This document shows positions 26,201-39,056 of a stretch of DNA of 64,000 nucleotides, in pieces. Both the position numbers and the translations under genes were made by a program. How positions within the stretch are numbered: position 1 is the stretch's first letter; each line of letters opens with the position of its first letter. Source of the DNA: Lingula anatina (lineage: Eukaryota > Animalia > Brachiopoda); contig CM120643.1 in assembly GCA_051362555.1 (NCBI GenBank), positions 22,200,848 to 22,264,847 on the forward strand, read 5' to 3'. Under the pieces are notes generated by a model. The model worked only from the letters and a program-made list of their open reading frames with translations. It did no database searches and was not told where the DNA came from.

Positions 26201-29200
26201 CTTATAGTTCAAATACTAGTACAGTACAAGATTGAAAGACGGGAGAATCAATTAAAACCCGTTAACATTATCTAATTTATTGAAATACTTGAACTAAAAA
26301 GTTTAATTGCCAATGACGAGAGGCATAAACCCAGTGTCATTGTTAATGAGGGACTATATCTAGCGTGTCTTTCATCACTTCCCAGCGCACGATTAGTGTG
26401 GTTAGCAACCGCAATCAAACAGGGTGTTGCATAAGCGGACATCTCATGAATTAAACCTCAGTCTAAATAAAAAAACAGCACATCGCATACAAGTGTCATG
26501 AAAAAGACTGATTCTGCTTTAAACGGCTCTTTAGTTGCATTTATTCTAAAGCAAGTGCATGTTGGCACAATGAATGCCCGAGTGAGTACAGCAGGTTTGA
26601 GACTGTTATATTTATTACTTCCCCATTCCCAGATCAAGTCTGACTGTACTATACCGAGTCAAAAAAAGACTGGTAAAGTATTAATTTGTTTCCCAGCCTG
26701 TTGACCAATGTACCTAGCCTTTAGAATTTTGAACGCACTTCGACGTCATGGCGTTGTAAAACTTAAAGTGTGGTTCTTACATCATGCAAGAACAAAACAG
26801 AGCAAGAACAGTGTGGCATATACACATGCACTAGTTCCATCATATAGAATTGAAGGCGAGGTCTGATCAAACAAGGGAATACGATGGCACACACTTAAAC
26901 TTGAAGTAAAAGCACCACAGTGACTATCATCCACAGGGCTGGGGCATTTCCTGATATTTGTTCCTATCCAGACAGTGCACTTGGCCACCCATGCTGCCAA
27001 GGGAAAACATGAGTGAGTTGACTTAGAAAATATCGATACATTGAATATGACAACAAGGGAGTTTTTCACACAATAATCACATTTCGAGCCATGAAAATGT
27101 AAAATCAGGAAAAATAGCCTTTAACGATGGAAGACCCGAAACTGTTGACGACTACATTGAAAAACGTCTGGCAACCCTTAGCAAAATAATTAATGCTTTA
27201 TAATGAACTATTTGCGACGCTCTTGGACACATCAATAAAGTGCAGAGCAGAAATGCGAAGAAACGCCAAATTGCACAGTTGAATTAACATCGTAACTCTT
27301 TCTATCCCTTCCCCAAAAAGAACAAAAGTTATGAATAAAAGTGATGAATTCGACTGTTTTCGCTATCAAAACATCCCATAATCGTTACTGTAGGGACTGA
27401 GGTTTGGCAGATACCGGTCTATCATATTCCCTTATTCCCTGCTATTTGTCTGGGCACATATCACGCAGGATTAACTGCTGTAGGAGAAGTCAAGTCCCCG
27501 ATGAACTACTCTTGACCCTATACTAACTTGGCACGTGAAATGCGCAGCCTTCAATACCCGCGGCACTAATTGCTCTGCCATAATCAGCGCTGATTCCCGT
27601 TCGATTTGCTAATGCCGCGTTCACTCCTTGCACGGGTGGTTCGTAACACATTCGATCTTAAAGGCGTACGGCACATTTCAACAGCTGGGGAGAAGAGATG
27701 CAGTTATGCTTTTACCATCAACCCTGATAAATCAGTAGTTTCTTAAGGACGTGTTACACAGGGCATAAAATGAGTCTAATACGGTGCGGACAAACAATTA
27801 GGCAAACTTCCTCACTCTTATCTTCCATTGGTATTATAGTTGAAATGGTAGTCCCTTTAATTTACTACACAGAAGACAAATCAGCCTGATGTTGGCTCTG
27901 GGCACAGATTTATTTCTGTTTCCAACGTCAGAAGGCGGACCACTATTACCATCTTGGGGAAACCAAGGGCTTAAATTTTCACTTGTTCACAATAGAATGA
28001 TTGCAATCAATACTTTCAGCCTTAACTCAAGCCGCTTCAGATTCGAACTTTTTGTCTCTAGTGTAAACCTTGCCTTTTTGAAAAGGCAGGCGGGATGATG
28101 TCTTATTTTTTAGGGGAATCGCTAATGCCTATGTTAATTTTCCCCAAATCGAAGACATGGTCGAAGAAGGCTGTGAGAATTCGATTTTGACCCCAGTGAT
28201 TTGCGTGAAGGGGGAGGTGTGGCATGAAACGATTTTCTTTGTGGAGATCAAATGAAAACTAGATGTCGTGTGCACTTTGTCATTTCTCGGCTTGCTTTAT
28301 GCTGAACAAGAATATAGAGACTACTACTTCAATGTTTTATAAGAATCAAAGAAACATATTTGTTCACTGCCCTGTAAATGTTACTAACTGATAATATTCA
28401 ATTAAGAGTAGAACTGCAACATGCCTTTGTACAAGCTGACGTGAGAGAGCTATTCGTGTATTGTCTAGAATTACATCAAAATAACTCCGATACTATCTTT
28501 CCTCCTATTAGCTCTGTTGTATGACATAAACAACCTTGGTCACTTAAATAGACAAGAGAAGATGTAGAATTCCCTCACTCATCAATATTCACTTTTACAC
28601 AGTGGGATTTTGTTAATTATGCCATTATATTATTTGCGAGTGATGCGTTCTGGTAATGGAAGCACGCGGACCCCAATGAAAAGGCATTAACAGGCAACAT
28701 TTACTCTCTAAATGGCTTTGACAAGCGGTACTCGTGCCACTGAAATACAAACATGTCTCAGCATTGTGCCGAAATCAACTTGATTTTCTCATTTATAAAA
28801 ATCGATGGAATTTCACCGCAGTCGCCAGATTGAGCCTGGAGCGGGGATAGAAAAAAAATCCACCAATACTCGTATAAATGTAATGGTGACACAGACATAT
28901 TATAACAAATTGTATAACTAATCCAGATCTTATAGAGGCATGTTTCATAGAAATATTGACAACTACTGATATTTCTTCAAGTGAAGTAAACCAAACTTTT
29001 GATATAACATTAACGACAAAATTTAGGGTTGAAGTTTTCAACTGTATTGTTGTCATTTCATTGGCTGCGCCTGTGCCATTTAGGCCTGTTATACGCCTTA
29101 AAGTACTAGTGTTGGTGAAACACTTGACACCGAAATGTATCATTTCCATTACTGTAGCTGAATATAAAAGCAATATTTTCGGTCGTTTGAATTACAATTT

Positions 29201-30059
29201 AAAAAGGTTGATTTTAAACAGTTACTTCTGTGCAATATTTCCGAAGGACTATTAGGGAGTGCAAGTCAATAACAAGAACGGCCTTTGTCCACTTGGAAAA
29301 AAATCATCGGAGTTCAAAGCTTGACAAGGAATTGCATTTTGTTTTATTTTCCATCCAACTGCCATCACGACCACAAAGGTGTCTAATACAACGTACTCTA
29401 TCAGCTGGAAGTAGTCACAAACAACAGCGATCGTCGCTTCCTGTTCCTCATCTCTAGATTTGCTAACTTAATATTTAGTTTTGCTTTTAAAGCGCACTCA
29501 TGTTTGCGGGTTTAAGTAAAGAATGTTTAACGTGGCGATGCAGCTGTTCTATCTAGTATACATAATGATTATTCTTTGACATATTCAGATTGGAATCCAT
29601 GGCAGAGAATGCACATTATGTAATTCATATATTTTATAATATGCCCCTTTCAACAAAAGAACATCAGCCTTTGATCAATAGGAAGAAGTCTGAAATTTGA
29701 TCACGCTTTTAGCAAGGGGGCTAAACACAATGGACTGCAAGCAACGACGGCAATTAAATATTATGATTTATTAGCGTTTTAGATAGATCAAAAACGGATA
29801 TGACATCTGTTTTTATAGATATAAAGTAACGTTCAGACCAGAACTGTTTCAGACTAGAATTGGGTCAATTCTTGTCATCGGAGAAGTCCATTTTGATTTA
29901 TTTTGATGAAGCAGAAGTGGTCAGCTATAATGTCGGACACATTTTACTCTTTGCGAAACAAACGGCTTGTTCACATTGAAGCGATATGCTACTGATTCAT
30001 CTTATTTATAAGTGAGGCGACGTTCCCGGTCTTAAATCGAAAAACAATTCTAAATGTGC

Positions 30060-30097
<38 letters not shown>

Positions 30098-31357
30098 GCT
30101 CTTGTGCACGCATTCTAACCGAGGACACACGCCCGCCCGAAACCCACTAACCGAGGACACACCTCCAACCGAGGACGTCCTCGGTTGACATAAGCAGTGG
30201 AATGCATAAAGGGGCCCATTTCAAGTTAGGTGGTGAAATTTGACGCTATTCTGAGCCAGTCCTCGGTTATGCTGTATAGCGCGGGCCAAATTCCCGCCAC
30301 GAGTGTATCAGAAATACTGTCCAACTTTTTGTCTGAAATCGGGCTATACACACGCGTCCTCGGTTGTGCTGTAAAGGGCGGACCAAATTCCGCGTCCTCG
30401 GTTGTGCTGTAAAGGGCAGACTAAACTGAAACTAATGTTATATCTCAGATGTCTATATATTCAGTAAGTTCATATTTTTAAACTAAAGGTCTTTTTTATC
30501 AAATTAAGCTCTCCTAGGTCGTTACGTAACTACATAATTATCATCGCACTGTACATATTACGGCACGCTTCTTTATTAGTACAACTGACTTGGAGTGGTT
30601 TAAATAAAGAAGAACTGTCTGAATTTGTGGCTCACTCGGTAGATCTTAGGACCGACAATCTTTTGAGGGTGCAAGAATTACTCTGAAGTATCAAATAAAC
30701 GTACCGGTACGTTAATTAATTTTCCAAATTTCTTCCCGCCGGTACGCTCCATTTTCACCCAGTACGCTTATTAATTTTTCAAAAATCTTCCACCCGGTAT
30801 GTTTATTAAATACATATTGTACCGGTGGGAAATTACACAAGTACAAGTCACGCTTTTTATTTTCTTAAATTGAAGTATAATGAGAAGAAAATTGAGTTCT
30901 CAACTCATTACAGACTGTTCTACCAACAGCACTGGAAAGTAGGTCAAGCGGAAGTCGCTCTCTGAACACAACAGTACATGCGTCACCTGAATTCAGTTCC
31001 AATAAATAGACGTGCTTTCCCTTCAACAGTGACAACTACTCATGTACATCGATCGAATGATTTAATGTCGCAAGGTGATAGGATCATATTTATAGCTAAG
31101 GAGGTCATTTCAAGTGCAGCAAAGAAGTTGTGCCTGTTTTCAAACGTCAATTATTTCATGCCGATTTATGATTTAAACGATGTTAAATCACATTTCTATG
31201 TAAGATAAACCCTTAGGAGTTTACAGGTATGCAAAACGAACCTTATATCTGAGAATAAATTTACTATGAATAACGTCTCCGTATGGCTCTCGGAGGCGGC
31301 TTAGGTGCGACATATCTGGGTCTTCGGCCCCTGACGATTATGAAATTTAACTCATGG

Positions 31358-31419
<62 letters not shown>

Positions 31420-31480
31420 AAATAAATTAGATATCCCGTTTTTAAGATAAATTATAATACTGAGTGAATTTTACCTGGTG

Positions 31481-31531
<51 letters not shown>

Positions 31532-34500
31532 TGATCAATAGCTAGCTTTTTTCTTTCTCTTCTTCTTCTTTACTTTTATTTATTTATTTCATTTTTTTTT
31601 TTTTTGGGGGGGGGGAGTGGTGCAAAGGTTTTCTCCCCCCAGTACTTTTATTCCATCTAGTACTTTTATTAAATTTCGAGATTTTTTACACCCAGTACTT
31701 TTATTCCATCAGTACTTTTATTAAATTTTGAGATTTTTTACACCCAGTACTTTTATTCCATCAGTTCTTTTATTCGATACTTCAGAGTAAATGAAAAGGG
31801 TAAATGGATCGTCCGTAAACCCCCTTTACACTGGGGCGGCGTCCTTTGTGCGACCAAGAAACTGGCATCACTGTGGTCGTAGAAAGGAGGTACAAGCATT
31901 GCTTTGGTTAAAAAAAAATGAATATTTGGTGATTGGCCAGTTGTCAGAAAGTTAAGTATTATAATTTTTTACTCTCAAATGGATCCGTACTACAGGACGC
32001 AGAAAGGACGCCGTCCAGTGTAAAGGGCCCCTTAGCTAACTATGAATTAATCTACCCCTGACAGTTTGAAGAAGGCTATGACATTATGAAACATTTATTA
32101 TTACATAATGGCTCTGCGAACTACAGTCACTTCTTTTCACCTGTAGATCTGACCTGTTTGTTATACACCTGGCTGCTAGAATAAATACTAAATCTAACAA
32201 CTGAAGTGAAATTATATTTTGAATGGGCCCCTGTCGGTCCATGTCGCTAACACAGAGCACACATATTCATAAACACCGCATTTGCAAGAACCGCTTTGTG
32301 AAATAAAAAAAGAAAAAAAAAGACGCCCCGACAATTACGCGTCCTGATATATAGGCCTACAGTTCGGATATGCACACGGCAAAAACGATTAAGGGACCGT
32401 TCCCAGATCCTATCGTACTAACTATGGATCGATCTCTCCCAGAAGGAATGCTATATAAATTGCAATCAACGTAATCAGTGTGATCTGGCCAATTTTACAA
32501 AGTTGCTGTTTTTCCCTTTTCTCAGCATAATATTATATGCGATGCAACATTTTAAAGAGAACCGATAGGTCTATTTTCATGAAACTCACAGAACTGATGA
32601 ATATTAGTTAAACGCAGGTCAAGTTTGAAAATCTTCATAATGGGCTGCTTTTTTTTTTCAGAAAATTTGCTGTTGTTTTTGCTTTTTTCAGCATACATGC
32701 AACACTGTAAACACAGTTCAAGGAGAAGCAATAGGTCTATTGTCATGAAACTCACAGAACTGATGATTATTAGTAAAAGGGTTGTCAAGATCAAAAATCG
32801 GCATATCCGGGCCATTTTTTGTCAAAAGTTATGCTGTTTTTTTTCTGCCATTTTCAGCATATAAGTAACACTGTAAGCACATTTCAGGGAGAACCGATAG
32901 GCCTGTTGTCATTAAACTCACAGGAGTGATCAATGTTACCAATATACAAATCAAGTTTGAAAATAGGATTGATTGGTTGAGTTTTGTGGAAGTTGTGCCT
33001 TGTTTTGATATATATAGGTGGTTTTCCTCAGATTTGATTGTCAGGCATGTTGACAGTTTCGTTATTGAACTAACTAGATATGTAAATATGTTAGTGTTTG
33101 TCTGAAATTTTCTGCATCTTTACAACATTGCTAGTTGATTATATAAATATGACGGTAAACATGTTATCAAGTACTGTGTAATACAGTGTCTCAAAATGGA
33201 GGCAATTGGGTGATTATTTTCAAAAGTTTTGCATTTTTTCTCCTTTTTTCATTGTACATGCAACACTGTAAACACATTTCAAGGAGAACCAATAGGCCTC
33301 TTTTCATAAAACTCACAGAACTGATGATTATAAGTAAAAGAATGGTCAAGATTGAAAATAAGCATGACCAGGCCCTTTTCTTTCAAATGTTATGCTGTTT
33401 TTTTTCAGCATATAAGTAACACTGTAAGCATATTTCAGGGAGAACCAATAAGCCTGTTTTCATGAAACTCACAGGAGTAATCAATGTTATCTATATACAA
33501 ATCAAGTTTAAAAATAAGATTGATTGGTTGAGTTTTGAGGGACTTAAGCTTTTATTTGTATATAAGTGGTTTTCCTCAGATTTGATTGTCAGGCATGTTG
33601 ACAGTTTCGTTATTGAACTAACTAGATATGTAAATATGTTAGTGTTTGTCTGAAATTTTCTGCATCTTTACAACATTGCTAGTTGATTATATAAATATGA
33701 CGGTAAACATGTTATCATGTACTGTGTAATACAGTGTCTCAGAATGGAGGAAATGGGGTGATTATTTTCAAAAGTTTTGCATTTTTTTTTCTCCTTTTTT
33801 CAGTGTACATGCAACACTGTAAACACACTTCAAGGAGAACCAATAGGCCTGTCTTCATGAAACTCACAGAACTGATGATTATTAGTAAAAGAATGGTCAA
33901 GATTGAAAATCAGCATGACCAGGCCCTTTTCTTTCAAATGTTATGCTGGTTTTTTTTCAGCATATATTGAATTTTATTCTTTATTGAGCACTAAAATGCA
34001 TACATATTACATTTTACAGGCTCTCTACACTAGTCATAACAACTTAGCAACAAATTATACAGATCTATACAATACTTATGGAATGATTACTGGGAAGTAT
34101 ATGTGTAACACAGTAAGCACATTTCAAGGAGAACCAATAAGCCTGTTTTCATGAAACTCACAGAACTGATTATTATGAGTAAAAGAATGGTCAAGATTGA
34201 AAATCAGCATGACCAGGCCCTTTTCTTTCAAATGTTATGCTGTTTTTTTAAGCATATAAGTAACACTGTAAGCACATTTCAGGAAGAACCAATAACTTAA
34301 AGCCTGTTTTCATGAAACTCACAGAACTGATTATTATGAGTAAAAGAATGGTCAAGATTGAAAATCAGCATGACCAGGCCCTTTTCTTTCAAATTTTATG
34401 CTGTTTTTTTTCAGCATATAAGTAACACTGTAAGCACATTTCAGGGAGAACCGATAGGCCTGTTGTCATTAAACTCACAAGAGTGATCAATGTTATCTAT

Positions 34501-37500
34501 AAACAAATCAAATTTAAAAATAAGATTGATTGGTTGAGTTTTGAGGGACTTCAGCTTTTATTTGTATATAAGTGGTTTTCCTCAGATTTGATTGTCAGGT
34601 ATGTAAATAGTCTCATTATTGAATTTACTAGATATGTAAAATGGGTTGTTTGACAATTTCTGCATCTTGACAATATTGCTAGTTGATTATATAAAAATGG
34701 TGGTAAACCTGTTATCTTGTATTGTGTAAAAAAAGTGCCAAAATGGAAATGAACTCGTATCATTGTAGTTTGTCAGATTCAATCATTCACAATGTTCGGA
34801 ATGGAGGAAATTGGACATTTAAACTTGTTATATTGATATTTTTGCCATCTCAACAATTTTCTTAGTTGATCATGTGAAATGGCAGTAAACTGTATTATTT
34901 TATGTAAAAAAGTTAAAAATGGAAAGAAACACATTTCAGTACAGTGCTCTCTTGTATACATTTAGCATTTTCAAAGTATGACTTTGGAGTTCCATGAACC
35001 TGAAAACCTTTGCTAGTCACATTTTCTGAATATTCATGATACTAATATTTTATTATAAAAAATTGATGATCATTATGCTGTTAAGCATTATATAATATTG
35101 CATCAAATTGGAAGAAAGCACAATTTTGGGTGCTGCTGGCATGATGTCCTCAATTGTAAAATTGTGTACTGTGCAAGTCTGTATCCAATGGACGACACTT
35201 TGTGTTATCAAAATATAAAATTCATGATAATAAAAGAGTTCTAAATAGAAAATAAGCATTATGAAAATAAAATGTTTGAAAACGAATTTCTTTGGTCTTT
35301 TATTTTATTTCATCAGTATCCTTTCTTTTCCTAAATTAATTGATGTTTTATCTCATAATCTTCAATTCTAAAAAAGTGGCAAAGCCCAGCATTAAATATT
35401 GTATAACTGTTCATTTAATCATCACCTCTGGTGTTATTTTGGAATTTACCTTAAATATGAAAGAATTTCATAAAAATGTGAATTGCTGCAAAGTAACGCT
35501 ATATAAAATTTGCTTTGCATTAAAAGTACAATCATTATTACATGTAGATGCATGCATGTCCTCGGTTGTAATGTGTAGTGTCTGTCCGTGTGTGTGTCCG
35601 TGTGTGTCCTCGGTTAGAATGTAAAATTCTTGTCAGCAAAAAATTAGTTTTTATAAAAAATTAATTTATAACATTCATACTCGAATAGATTTTACCCTAA
35701 ATTGAATGTTTTTATTTTGATTTAACCAAGGAATAAGATGTCCTCGGTTGTATGGTGTTGTGCTGATGTCCTCGGTTGGTACACATAGACAAGTATGTGT
35801 GTGTGTGTGTGTGTGTGTGCGTGTGTGTGTGTTTGTAAAACAGCCCCTATGTCTAAACTCTTGAGTGTATGTAACCCGAGACGATCCACGTTGGCATTCG
35901 ACATAAATGTAATTCCTCTGATAAACTATCCCGTTACACACTTCCTGCGCGCTATTTTCTGCGTGCAATTAATAATGCTAGAATGTCTTTTGTGGTTCTT
36001 TCGGTCACTTAAATCAAAGCCAACAGCATCCTACACATTTATTGATGCAAAAGACAAAAGACAAAAGTCTGAACAAATGAAAGTAATAGCTCCTGCGCTA
36101 TTTAAATGTTGATTTATTGAAAAATGGTGTAGGTTTACTCTCTATAGGCAAAACCATGCTCAAAAGGAACATGCTATCTAGCAGTAAACCTTATTTTGTT
36201 TAAGGTTATGGCAGATGTTGTGGTTACAGGAAGTCATTAAGGTTTTTTTATTATCTTCAATGGCATTTAGCTTATTGTGATTCTGAAACTTCCATTCCTG
36301 CCACTGCCTCTTTATTTTTTTTTATCTCAAACGAAAATTGAAAGATGTAAGTCATTTAATATCGACTGTCTGAAATACTGTTCAAAACAAAAACCCCTTC
36401 TTCTGTCTTTCGCCAGTTGTCATTAGGATGCCGTTAACGTCAATATTCATGAGAACCAAGTATTTAATTGTTGCCATACAGAAAAACTGCGTTAAAATAT
36501 CATTTAGTTGTAAATGCCATGCACCAAAGCTGAAAGCAGACATTGTAATGGATATTCCTGCACCTGCTGGGAACAGTTTACCGAGCCTTTTCTACACAAT
36601 AGACGGATTTGAAACTACATGTTTGCTTGACATTTTTTATCTTTTTCTGTGGTCCTAATGAACATTTCATGTCAGCAAAACATGCTTAGCTTTAGGCCAC
36701 GTATACAAGCACCGCAATTGTTAATTAACGTTTTTTAACTTACACCTTAACTCTACCCTTTTGTTTTGTGCGCCTAGCATGTGAACATCACCACAGAATA
36801 TTCCAAAAAATCATTAATTGCGTTACATACACAAGTGACTTTTATTAATTTAATTGTGTTGCTAAGCCAGAGTTTCCTACCTCATATCAAATGTTAGAAC
36901 AAAACATGTTGTTTTAAGAGTATTAAGACAGAGAACAATAACCTTATTCAAAGTATTAGTGCTATTAATTTTTGACTCTTGTATACATTTATTATCTCGT
37001 TCAGGAAAGTACTTTATCTATGCGAAACTTTGTATTACACTTCAGTACATGTTTTTTCCCTAGTGCAGGTGTTGTTTCTTAAATGGGAAACGGTGAATTT
37101 AATAAGACAACAATGCATCCCTCTCAGGGGTGCCAAGGTATCCCGATACGTGGGCAATTGGCATGAAATTTTACCTTAGGGGAAATGGTTTGCTGTGTTC
37201 CAAAGCAAAAGTCAGATAATCTGTACATATTTGTTACCAATAACATCATGGTTTATTGAGTAGCCAAGCGAAATAATCTAGAGAGAAAAAATATTTCTTG
37301 GCAATAACATGTTTACCTTGGGCTCTGCAGGGAAAACAGAGGCCAAAATGACAGAAAAAGTTTACGTAAGGCCAAACAAGACTTGCAATTATAATAAGTT
37401 GACAGCAGCTAAAAAGTGGCAGGCATTCAAACGAAATATTAAGGGATTATAATCCCTATAGTGATGCACTAAAAAAACAGCATCCGATTATTTGCACAGC

Positions 37501-39008
37501 CAGGTAACGGATAATCACAGCAGTTAAGAAACGAAAACCGACTTGGAAAAGTAAGACTTAATGAGATTTTATGATACTTAGGACAAAATACTAACTAGTA
37601 CGTAGGCCTAAATGTGCCAATTACTGCAGGGAAATGTTTCCAAGCCAAACTCGATCAGCGACAGGAACGTGCAAATCCAAACTAAGCAACTACTCGCACA
37701 TGGTTGGAAGACGGTTTCAAGAGTCACTGGTGTCCCCAAAGCCAATTGTTTATATGCTTGAGTGCAATTTTATTTTGCAATTATAACCATGGGTTATATT
37801 AAGAGTATCCACCAAAGATTTGAAATAATAAGTGCCTTCTCATGAAGATGGGATCCGAAGACAAACTGAATATATGTAGTAAGGGAAATTGAGTCAGCGG
37901 AAGAGACAAGAGCGTTTAAGCAAAAACAGAAAAAAATCGATAGGTTTTTCACTAAACACTCTCTCTTTTACATAAACGCGCGAGCACGCACTCACACGCA
38001 AAGGTTTGAAACAATCGTCCATAAAACAAACTTCTATGAGTACTTCATAGGGGACAAATTCACTTTCGTAATATCAAAAATGATTCATTGTGACGCCGAG
38101 AAAATGATGTTCGACCCTGACATCATCTGTTAAAATGTTGTACGAATCAATCATTAATATTCCCATAACAAATAAAATGTAAGTTAATAAGTTAATTATT
38201 TCGCTCAAATTGATTTCACAACTGCCAGTATAACATAACATAGCACAACCATATATGAAATATGCTGTTTTCAGTTGTCATAGCAGATTAATAGCCTCTG
38301 ACGGATCTGGAAAGTACGCAGTGTGCCACGCATACCCACCCTCCTCCCCCCTCCCCTCCCCCCCTTTTGCCCCATCCACAATTTTCGTATGAACCATATT
38401 TTACCCCTTCCCCCTCCCCCCCCCAAAAAAAAAGACTATGACAAGCAAAACTTGGAAAAAACTAAGCATTTTTCCATCCCTGTGAATCAGACATAGCGGT
38501 AATGGGTAACCCTATGCACGAAGAAGAATATATAATGTACACGTACGTGTTAGTGTAATTTCTAATGGCATTTGCTGTTTATTGTCACCTCTTTTCATCC
38601 AGCCTCTCGTCTTTTCCACATAAGGAGGAAATGCACAATATCACTAATCAGCCAGTGTAAGGGCTCACTCCCAATGAAATTATCGTTTTATATAGATCGA
38701 TCCAATTCTGCGGGCACTTTCTCTGCATACAGCCAGATTGACACGTATCTTGTTTCCAATGCACTTGTATAATCAACAGCTTTTCCGCATTCTGCTCAAC
38801 GACAGAAGGACGTGTTGATCTGTTAATCTGATTGCATTCAGCGAGAGACAACGGGCTGTTGGGTCGATCTACGTAGAACGATAGTTTCATTGGAAATGAG
38901 CCCTCAGGTTATTGTTTTGTAACTTTGTCGACATTTGACCTCATCCTAGCTCATAAAAATGTCATGTCATTAATAACATTTTTCCAATGGAAAATGTGAA
39001 ACACCTTC

Positions 39009-39056
<48 letters not shown>

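Larger units (their letters stand above)
30111..35621. mobile_element. Putative foldback-like DNA element with AACCGAGGAC subterminal repeats
   Basis: Perfect 20-bp inverted repeat CATTCTAACCGAGGACACAC (30111-30130 / 35602-35621). Eleven copies of AACCGAGGAC/GTCCTCGGTT cluster at 30117-30403 and 35558-35777. Confidence 0.55.

Noticed and set aside
26395-26406. 12-nt match to part of miR-34 (AGTGTGGTTAGC)
   Set aside because: The seed does not match and there is no hairpin precursor.
32540-34740. Repeat array as a CRISPR-like locus or repeated small-protein genes
   Set aside because: There are no unique spacers, the context is eukaryotic, and the similar short ORFs are translations of satellite monomers.
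37124-37327. CAGGGGTGCCAAGGTA...TACCTTGGGCTCTG possible MITE
   Set aside because: Short imperfect IR, no TSD and no second copy in the window.
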